From the human T2T-CHM13v2.0 reference genome, Homo sapiens, in NCBI RefSeq assembly GCF_009914755.1, contig NC_060937.1: a stretch of DNA of 64,000 bases; one strand, given 5' to 3'. Shown here piece by piece: positions 54,400 through 64,000 of the stretch. Both the position numbers and the translations under genes were made by a program. Every line of letters starts with the position of its first letter. Position 1 is the first letter of the stretch. The notes under the pieces are model-generated. The model ran no database searches. It worked only from the letters and a program-made list of their open reading frames with translations, and was not told the origin of the DNA.

Positions 54400-54566
54400 G
54401 AGCTCAGAGCCAGGGATTCAGATCTGGCATCAGAAGGGCTTGATTTTCGTGTCATCTGCCCCTGTAGGCGAGGTCAGGCACAGAGGGGTCCCCAGTGAGG
54501 GGTTCACACACTGAGTCATGCTAAGCTGGAGGACGGGGGACTCTGGGCTCCACTCACCCGCTCCCC
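54400..54566 (+). repeat. Inverted duplication arm 1 (pairs with 56740-56780 and 56227-56353)
   Basis: 54440-54566 is the reverse complement of 56227-56353 (117/127); 54400-54440 is the reverse complement of 56740-56780 (40/41). Confidence 0.93.
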
Positions 54567-54574
54567 TGGTATGC

Positions 54575-54685
54575 GTGTTCAAATGCAGATTTCCAGGCCC
54601 CATCCCAAACCTACTGCATCAAAACCTTGAGCACAGGACCCAGAATCCACAGTTTACCCGGTAGCCTTCTGGAGTGGTTCTTACT
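54575..54685. mobile_element. MER5-type hAT fragment
   Basis: aaatgcagatttccaggccccatcccaaacctactgcatca signature. Confidence 0.65.
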
Positions 54686-55324
54686 AGGCACACCAGAGTT
54701 AGGCCCTGCCCTTCGTGCTGACCTGGAATGATTGACAGGAGCCCGAAGATGCCACCTGCGATGTTCTGGGCTATTGGACGACTAATGGTGCCTCATGGAC
54801 TCCAGGGGGACCCAGCGCCCTCTCCATCAGGGGCTGTCCCTTCCTCCGGTGTCTGGTTGGCAGCAGCTGAAACCCTGCCCACAAAGGTGAGCTGGGTTAT
54901 GACCCAGTCGTTTTCATCTTTGGACCCCAGATGGAAAGATGCAGAGCTGCCATCCTTAACTCCCATGTTCCTCTCGGAGCAGCTCTCCCTGTTCCACAGC
55001 CCCTGCTGTCTGCACGCCCCTGAGCTTCCCGCTTGGTCAGATCAACGGTGCTGGCCGCACAAAGCACGTGGGAGCCCACGGTCCTGGCACAGGTCATTCA
55101 GGAGCTCCTTCCTATTCAGGGCCTAGGGAGGAGAGGTGGGGGCCTGAGCTTTGCCTGTGGGCTGTCCCCACTGATGTTACTCACTGGATGGCCTTCCCGG
55201 GCTGGAGTAGGGAGAGGGTCATAGTCTCTGCTTGGGTCCTTGTGGCAGACACAGGGGCTGGCACACTGCATGCAGGCGGAGAAAGTCAGCATGGCCTCTT
55301 CTAGCTTCCCCCCACTGGCTGCCG

Positions 55325-55380
55325 TGACATCAGCCTGGCACTCTTAGGTGTCTGACATCAGCCTGGCACTCTTACGTGTC
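55325..55380. repeat. 28-bp tandem duplication (tgacatcagcctggcactcttaSgtgtc) x2
   Basis: 27/28 identical. Confidence 0.9.
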
Positions 55381-56226
55381 CTTGCATGGCCCGTGTCCTG
55401 CCCCCTGACTTCTGCCCTAGGCTGTTTGCGTGATGCATCTCCTGCGCTGTCGGGCCAGCCCTCCCTCCTCCTCCAGCAGGCAGTGGAGACCTAAGAGGCG
55501 TTGCGCCACAGCAGCAGGACCCCACCCCGTGGCCCCAGCTGGGACAGGCAGCATCAGAGGATGCATTTAGGACAGCAAAGGCCTGCACTGATTTTCTTTG
55601 GGTCACACCTTTTACAAAGATGTTTTGCTGGGGGCTGTCTGTGGCTTTCACACTTAGGTGGAGAAGGAAGCTTTCTTCCCCTTCTCTTCCTGACCGGCTT
55701 CCCTTGGGGGTGCGCAGGGGCCACCCGTGGGGCCTGTCCCAGATCCACTTTCCCACATATTACTTGACTTTAAATGGGAAACAGAGTAAACATTCTTGGG
55801 TGGCCACCATACCTAGGAATCCTGGTTATCTGCCTTCTGCTAAGACCTGGGCCAGAGACTGATTTACACCTGGTGGGCCCCCGACCTCGTTCTGACAAAG
55901 GCCACGTCTGTGTTGAACCTGGTGGCCCAGGAGACTGGAGTCAGTCGGTGCCTGCCCCTCCCTGTCGCCCAGCTGGACTTGTTCCCAGCCGAGCACGGAA
56001 AGGGAGCAGCACTGTCTGTGCTAAGGCCCTTGGAAGGAAGACATTGTGGAAGGCGATTAGGAAGAGGTCTCCCTGATTCAGGCCTGGTGAGGGAGGAGGT
56101 GGGGCCGCCTGAGTTCAGCAGCTCAGCGGGTGTTAACTAGGAAGCAGTGCGAGGTGCAGCCAGGGCAGGAAAGGAGGACAGTCCCGCCCTCTGGGGCCTG
56201 GGCCACTGACAGCGGGGTCGGGCGGT

Positions 56227-56780
56227 GGGGAGCAGATGAGTGGAGCCTGGAGTCCCCAGTCCTCCAGCTTAGCGTGACTCAGTGTGTGAACTTCTCACTG
56301 GGGACCCCTCTGTGCCTGACCCCGCCTAGAGGGGCAGATGACACGAAAATCAACCACTGCATCCCCAGGACCGCCACACGTCCACCGAAGGAACAGCTGT
56401 AGCTGCCGGAGGGAAGCTGTGGGCCCTACAGGGTAAGCAGGTCTGAGCCTCAGACTGGTGCATCTCTGCTGGAGCGTGGTGACATCCTCCATCGCATTTC
56501 CCGCTTAGATGAAGAAGCAGAAGCTTTGGGCTGAGCAATCTTTTCTTTTTTTTTTTGAGACAGGGTCTCATTTGTTGCTCAGGCTGGAGTGCAGTGGTAC
56601 GATCATAGCTCACTGCAGTCTCGAGCTCCAGCGATCCTCCTGCCTCAAATCTCCGGAGTAGCTGGGACTACAGGTGCACACCACCACACCTGGCTATTTT
56701 TTGTAGAGATGGGGTCTTGCTATGTTGTATTCCATGCCCAGCCCTTCTGATGCCAGACCTGAATCCCTGGCTCTGAGCTC
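56227..56780 (-). repeat. Inverted duplication arm 2, split by 386 bp that includes an Alu fragment
   Basis: Same alignment as arm 1. Confidence 0.9.
56540..56741 (-). mobile_element. Old Alu fragment (J/FRAM-like, internally deleted)
   Basis: PolyT followed by gagacagggtctca... Confidence 0.85.
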
Positions 56781-57331
56781 CTCTCCAAGGGCCCTTTGCA
56801 GGAGGAAGCTGGTCAGCTCGCAGCCATTCAGCTGCTCTGCCTGGAAGCCATGGCCCTGATTGCCACTTGGAGGGTGATGGCTGGAGGCCCAAAAGGACAC
56901 CCAAAAGCAGATGAGCTTGATAGGAGGAACAAGGAACAATGTGGCCTCTTTCAATGTGAGGCTGCAGGGCTAGCCTCAGAGTGTGGCCTGCCCCCAGATT
57001 TGGCCTAGAAGCCAATGGTTAAACTCCCAGAGCTGTAGGTTGCTCCCAGTCCTGACTCCCACCCTCCCCAGCTCCACCCTGGGTCTAGGTTGAAGTAAAT
57101 GTCTGGGATGGAGTAGGGGACGTCTGCCTGGCTCACTTCATTTTTAAGTTTACCCGTGATGGAATCATCCTGACATCAGAGCTGCGCTATTGAACTGTCC
57201 TGCCTTTTTCCCTGCAAATGTTGAAGGAGGGTGTTTAGGGAGGCAGGAAGCAGGGCTGGCCCCATGGGTGAGGGGTGAGGCGTGAGGGTTCGGGGTTCCT
57301 CAAGAGCAGCCCTGCGCTGCACAGGCCTCCT

Positions 57332-57426
57332 CCAGGAGCATGCACGGGGCACTGGCTCTACACCAGGAGCATGCACGGGGTACTGGCTCTACACCAGGAG
57401 CGTGCACGGGGCACTGGTTCTACACC
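57332..57426. repeat. 31-bp minisatellite (ccaggagcatgcacggggcactggctctaca) x3
   Basis: Three near-identical units. Confidence 0.92.
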
Positions 57427-57922
57427 GGGCAGAGGAGTAGGGACAGAGGAGTGGCTGTTTTGGAGAGCGGCTGCTGGAAGGGAGCTGGGGAGTGTCGGGG
57501 AACAGGCAGCTGTGTGACCAGGCTAGCTTCGGAGTGGCCTGGGAGCTGAGGATATGGAGGTCAGCCTGCACACCATGTGTACAGAGAGCGGAGTGGGGTT
57601 GCCAATGTGGGTGTGGGCTGGGAAATCTTGCTTGACACCCCCCAAACCCTGGGATGCCACACCCCAGCCCCAAGGGCTCCCTGAGCAGGAAGGAGGCAGG
57701 CGAGGCTCAGGGTTGTGGCTCAGAGCCCTCCTCAGGAGTGAGCTGCATGAAGGTGGAGTGGGGTGGCGGTGTCCTCTGTGACCACTCTGGAGGAGATGCG
57801 GGGGACGCAGCGTCACCGTGTCCCTGGCCTCTACCTGTGTTCCTGCTTCTCCCAGGGCTGGAGTGCAGGCCTAGGTATTTGAACATTTAAAACTAAAACC
57901 ATTTGGAAATCTGTCTTTGAAA

Positions 57923-58510
57923 GTGTTGGGGCTCAGAAAATTGTACCCCAAAATGAAAGTCTTGGAAGCAGCCTCAGAAGCAAAAGGTTTTCCCTGACCT
58001 CCTCCCGCCCTCCTGTCTCTTAGTCCCATTTTCCCCCAAGGCTACCCATAGAAACCAGAATCCCTCTTCCCCAAGATGGGTCATAGAAACCACACCCTCT
58101 TCTCTCCAAAGCCAGCCATAAAACCTGTTACTCTTTTTCTTTCTCAGACTCTCTGTGTAAAAACTGGTCATAAAGAAATGATCTGACCTACCTTGTTTGA
58201 CTGCTGGTCATAAGACCCCCTCATTCCAGAAGGAAGGAATGTGTGCTCAGAGAGGCCAGGCAGAATCTAGCCGGACAGGCCTTGCTGGGTGTCCTCACTC
58301 GGTCTCAGCGTTAGATCACATCCTTCTTGTCTGATCATATTCTACCCGGCCGTCCATACTTTGTTGGACAGAAGCATAAAAGTGGACAAGTTCCCCTGTA
58401 CGTTCGTTCTTTATGCTGAAGGCTCCTGTGTACATACGTTACATAAACGTGTATGCCTTTTCTCCAATTAATCTGCCTTTTGCCAGCTGATTTTTCAGCC
58501 TTGGCCCCCT
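57923..58510 (+). mobile_element. ERV1 solo LTR (MER39-like)
   Basis: Starts tgttggggctcagaaaa...ccccaaaatgaa; subfamily assigned from recall. Confidence 0.7.
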
Positions 58511-58819
58511 CGAAGGAGTGGCGTCAGCCCCCGGGCTCCTGAAGAGGACAGGGCGCTTCTGAGCTCTGAGCCTGCGGTTCCTGGCGGGTGGATTTTACAC
58601 AAATGTCAGAGGCCCCTGCGCTGTAAAAAGCAGGTGAAGTGTAAAGGACGATTCCTGCTTTCCCTTTAAAAGTCTATCAAGGGCGTCCACGTTTGGTTTA
58701 ATGCCGAGACGGGGATGCAGGGAGGCGCTGGCCTCCGCCTCCTGGAAGCTAGTTAATATCGCTGCAGAGCCAGTAGCTCTTCCTTTCCGAGGGCGCCCTT
58801 CTGCGGGTCTGTGGGGAAA

Positions 58820-58838
58820 CACCGCCCTCTGGTGGCCA
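58820..58838 (-). promoter_or_regulatory. Strong CTCF motif TGGCCACCAGAGGGCGGTG in a CpG-rich patch
   Basis: Close match to the consensus TGGCCACCAGGGGGCGCTA; about 21 CpG within 58501-58880. Confidence 0.75.
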
Positions 58839-60093
58839 GATGATGAAGTGCGTTCTCTGAAGACCAGGCTCACAAGTTCGGCTCCCTATTCACTTGCTCA
58901 ATCCTTCATTCTTTCATTAAACAAATATGTGTTTTTCATGCACTGCTGTTGAGAGTGAACTGGTACGAGTTCTTTGGAGGGCAATTTAGCAACCGTGTAT
59001 CAAAATTAAAACTGTACATACCCATGACCGACCAATTTCGTTTCTAGAAACATATCTGAGGCAGGCTGGATTTTCCAAAAATGCTGATGACAGTATTTCT
59101 AGACCTATATTCTCTTCCAGAATCTTGCCACTCCCTATCAAGAGGTGTGCCCTGTTTCCTTCTCCTTGAACCTGGTGGGATTTTGGAAGTGCCTGATTTC
59201 CAAGGCTACACCCTAAAAGGTAACGAGGCTTCTGCTTGGCTCTCTTGCTCAGAATGCTACCTCTGGAACTCAGCCGCCATGTTGTGAGGAAGCCCAGGCC
59301 ACATAGAGAGGCCACAGGTGAGGGTCTGCTCCCAGCTGGGGTCTTAGCCACTGCAGGGAGACAGACAGGGCCCAACCTTACTGAGCTCAGCTTGCCAAAA
59401 TTACAGATTTCTGAGCAAAAATAAATATGGTCTCCATTTTAGATTACTTAGACTTAGGGTAATTCATTATACAGCTTTCATAACTGTAACAGATATACAT
59501 TTCAGATTTATTTGCACATGAACAAAAAGATATATTCAATTCAGCACTGTTTGAAATAACAAAAGATTAGAAAACATCTTACTGTTCTTGCAGCAGAATA
59601 TTGATTAAATTATAGTCTATGCACATTGGAATACACTGCAGCTGTAAAAAGAATGAGGCCATTTTCATTGAGTTAAAATGATCTTCAAGATAGATTGTTA
59701 AAGTAAAAAAAAAGCAAGGAGCAGGAAAATGTGTATATAATATGCTATCTATTAGATTAAAAAAGGAAAAAACAATATATATCTTCATTTACACGTGCAT
59801 ACAATATTTCTAAAATGATCCACAGGACAGTGATAGCATTACCTCGGGGCAGAGCCCCTGAGTATCTTGGGGCAAAGTGGTAGGGAGATCTCTACTGCAG
59901 ACCTTTTTAGTACTTTTCATCATGTGAGCGTTTACCTATCTAAAAAAAGTCCTAATTATTTTTAAATGTAAAAATCCTCTTTGATATGCTAGGCAGAGTG
60001 ATGTTGAGATGAAAGACACAGCTGCTGCTCACTGTCATACAATTTGCCTTATTGCTCTACTATCAAGGCAAAACAGTAAAGCAATGGGAGGTT

Positions 60094-60627
60094 GTATTAT
60101 TCAGGGTTTGACAGAGAAACAGAATCAGTAGGAGATGTGTATATATGTATTTATTAAAAAAAATGTGTAGTGTTTAATCTGAACAGCCAGTGGCTTAGTC
60201 AAGTTAACATATACATGAAGAGACTTATTATGAGGAATTGACTTACACTATTATGGAGGCTGAGAAGTTCCATGACCTGCCATCTGCAAGCTGGAGACTC
60301 AGGAGAGTGGGTAGTGCAATTCCAGTCTGTGTCCAAAGGCCTGGGAACCAAGGGGCCTCGAGGTGTAAATCCCAGTTGAAGGGCAGGAGAAGATGAGATG
60401 AGATCTGCCCACGCAGGCAGGCAGGAAGCAAAAGGGGCGGATTCTTTCTCCTTTTGTTCTACTCAGGCCCTCAAGGGATTGGCTGAGGCCCCCGTACATT
60501 AGGAAGAGAAGTCTGCTCTACTGAGCCCACAGATTCAAATGCTTGTCTCATCTGCAAACACCCAGAAACACTGTTTAATCTGGGCACCCAGTGGCCCAGT
60601 CAAGTTGACACATAGAATCCACCACCA
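60094..60627. mobile_element. MLT2-type ERVL LTR
   Basis: ttatggaggctgagaagttccatgacctgccatctgcaagctggagac...ggcccagtcaagttgacacata. Confidence 0.85.
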
Positions 60628-60844
60628 TGGGGTAGAGAGAAGTCACAGAATCAGACTGCTTGGGTTCAAATCCTGGCTCTGTTCTGTGACCTTGGCCAAG
60701 GTACTCAAATGACCAATTCTCTAGTTTTCTCATCTCTGCAGTGGGGGAGTAATAGTGCTTACCTCAAAGGGTTATTCAGATTTTGGTAATTGGCTGTTGA
60801 GCTATTCAGATTTTCTAATTCTTATGTCAATTAATCATTTCAAG

Positions 60845-61134
<290 letters not shown>

Positions 61135-61139
61135 AGCGT

Positions 61140-64000
61140 TTCAAGTTTTTAAGAGAATGTGTCCATTTCCCCTTCTCTTTTTATTTTATTTTTATTTTTA
61201 TATATTTTTAAATTTGAATTGCTTCTCTCTTTTTCTTGATTAGTTTTACTACTGGCTTTTCTATATTCCAACTTTTTTCAAAGAAATGAATATTTGGTTT
61301 GATTCATCTTCTCTCTTTTTGTATTATTCTTTCTTTCATTCGTGTCAGCCCTTATCTCGGGTGTTTGCTTGCTTGGGGTTACTCTTCTTCTTTGTGAAGC
61401 CTGTTGACTCAGAGCTTACCTCATTTGTTGTTTTTGAATGAATGCATTTAAAATTATAGTTTTACCTCTAAATATAACTTTCTTAGTCCTACAAATGTTG
61501 ACATGTGGTCATTTTCTTGTCATTCAATGTGAAATATTTAATAATTTTCCTTATTTTTCTTCTTTATTACAAAGATGATGTATGTGTTGTTTTTGATTTT
61601 CATCTATATGGGATTATATACATTGATCCTTTTGATATTGATTTTTTTTCTTTTCTTTTGAGACAGTCTCGTTCTGTTGACCAGGCTGGGGTGCAGTGGC
61701 GCGATCTTGGCTCACAACAACCTCTGCCTTCCAGGTTCAAGCAATTCTCCTGCCTAAGCCTCCCACTTTTGATACCGATTTTTTAAATTTTATATAAGGC
61801 TAGAGAAGATGGGCTGAATGTTGCTGATTCTTTGGTATGCATTGGGCCCTCCTTCATGGGCTTATGTATCGCTCGTGTTCATGACTGTTCTGTGTGCACT
61901 TAGAGGCAATGCTCATTTTCTTTAATCTCTAATTAACCAAGATTATTCAAAATATTAATCGAAGCTTCTATGCCTTTGGTTATTACTTGCCTGCTTGATC
62001 TGTTAGCTTCAAAGGAATATTTTAAAATATCTAATTTATATTTTTATTTTTAATACTCTTTCCTTTTCTTTCTGATTTTTAAAATTTTGGCCTTAAAACA
62101 GTTTTGATACCAAAATTGATATACAGCTTTCTTTTCATTTATATTTGCCTGGGATATGTTTAATAACTTAAAAGAAACTTTCCGTATCCTTTCATTTTAA
62201 ATAGGTTTCACATACATACACATGTTCGTACATATATACATACATCTATGTAATGAATAGCTTTCTTTTCTAATCTTTATTTAAAATAGCTTCATCAGAT
62301 TAATAGTTTCTTTCCATTTCTAGTTTAAAATTTTGTTTAAAAAATCACAAGTAGTTGTTGAATTTTACAAATGACTTTCTATATTTATTCAGATGTTCAT
62401 GTGACTTTTCTCCCTTAACCCGTTAACTACAGATTACATTATTTTGTTACTATTTTGTTTAGAAGTTTTATATTTATTTTCATGAGTGAGATTAGTCTAC
62501 AATTTTCCTTTTTAAAACTATTTTTATTTCGGGAACAAAGCTTTGTCAGCTTTATAGAATAAGCAAACAAGCATTTTTGCTGTTTTCTATTCTGTAGAAA
62601 AGCTTTTATAAGATTGGCACTTTTGGTCTTTAATTTAAGGTTTGGCTGAACTCAAGAGTGAGGCCATCTGAAGCTGGGCTTTTCTTTTGGTTTTTGATGC
62701 TGATTCAGTTTTTTTTGTTGTATTTTAGTATTTTGTATTTTAGGGCAATTGTCGCTTTTTATTTCTTCTTGAGTCATTTCTGATGAGTTACCTTTACCTA
62801 AAAATTAGACTATTTCTTCTAAATTTCAGGAAAAAGTTATCTGTTATATTCTCTTGTTATCTTTTTAATGCCAGCAACCACTATCGTGATGCTCTGTTGA
62901 AAGCAGTTTGTGCTGTCTTTTGCCTCTGAGTCCAGCTCACTGGTGCTATGCCAAATTTATTAGTTCGTTGTTTGTTTGTTTTTGTTTTTGTTTTTAAAGA
63001 AAGTAACCTTTAGTGTTGGTCCTCTTTATTATGTTTGTTTTCAATTTTATTTGTTTGTGCTCAGAATTTTGTGATTTCTTTCTTTCTCACTTCTTCAGGT
63101 TTATTTTACTATTCTTATTCTAACTTCATGAGATGGACTCTTAGTTCATTATTTTTCAATCTTCTTTTCCATCATACACATTTTATGGCTATAGTTTTAC
63201 TACATTCTGCTTAATTAAATTCCGTAAGTTGGGATATGGAGTCTTTTAATTAACATTCAGTTCAAGATATTTTCTAATTTGCATGTGTGAGTGATTCAGA
63301 AGCAGGTTTCTTAATTTGCAAACAGATGAGGATTTTCTGCTTAGGTTTTTGGATTTTAGTTCTCACTTTATTGCACTGTAGTTTTAGAAGACACTTTGCA
63401 TGATAGCATACATGCTGTCTATGAAATTTGATGAGATTTACTTTATGATCCAGGACATAGCCAGTTTTAGAAAATAGTGTATTTGAGGTTATTGGATGCA
63501 GTGTTTTATATCTGTCCATTGATTTAAGTTTTTTTGTATTGTCAAGTCTTCTATATTCTTACTGAATTTTTTTAAATCACTGAGAGGATGTCTGTTAAAA
63601 AAAAAAAAAAAGTCCAGGCCAGGTGTGTGGCTCACGCCGATAATCCCAGCACTTTGGGAGACAGAGGCGGGTGGATCACTTGAGGTCAGGAGTTGGAGAC
63701 CAGCCTGGCCATGATGGCAAAACCCCGTCTCTACTAAAAATACAAACATTAGCTGGGCGTGATGGTACATGCCTGTAATCCCAGCTACTTGGGAGGCTGA
63801 GGCAGAAGAATCACTTGAACCCAGGAGGTGGAGGTTGCAGTGAGCCAAGATCATGCCACTTTACTCCAGCCTGGGTGACAGACCGAGACTCTGTCTGAAA
63901 AAGAATTCGGACTAGTATCTCTTTATTTTTGAAGTTCTATCAGCCTTTCCTTCACATACTTTTATACCTGTCATTAGGGTTTGTAATTTCGTGTCCTATT
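61140..64000 (-). mobile_element. Old antisense L1M remnants, with an Alu fragment at 61642-61765 (-)
   Basis: T-rich degenerate L1 ORF2-like sequence. Confidence 0.65.
63617..63902 (+). mobile_element. Alu (Sx-like)
   Basis: Consensus match. Confidence 0.95.

Noticed and set aside
57332-57426. 31-bp repeats as a CRISPR-like array
   Set aside because: Head-to-tail units with no spacers, in a mammalian context with no cas genes
53624-58952. Dense short ORFs in the GC-rich 3' flank, including two sharing RVICP.RRGQAQRGPQ
   Set aside because: High GC lowers stop frequency, and the shared peptides come from the inverted duplication; no recognisable domain

Overview
This is primate, almost certainly human, genomic DNA. 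It contains the complete coding part of WASF3 (WAVE3/SCAR3, an Arp2/3 nucleation-promoting factor) on the + strand. Eight coding exons join in frame to 1509 nt (502 aa plus stop). A second, paralogous internal exon (39984-40150) can replace exon 36502-36677, giving a mutually exclusive pair and a 499-aa isoform. A ~3.1 kb 3'UTR ends at AATAAA 48854. The promoter and 5' non-coding exons lie upstream of the window. Introns and the 3' flank hold typical Alu, L1, L2, MaLR and ERV1 debris; subfamily calls are from recall, not from a search. Notable details are a perfect 35-nt antisense U2 snRNA retrocopy in the intron just before the mutually exclusive exons, a ~470-bp local direct duplication whose upstream copy is bounded by splice-site consensus, a G-depleted ERV remnant, a split inverted duplication with serial fold-back palindromes, and a strong CTCF motif in a CpG-rich patch downstream. 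No prokaryote-type system (CRISPR etc.) is present, and I see no firm evidence of a wholly new gene. The novel ideas below are hypotheses.
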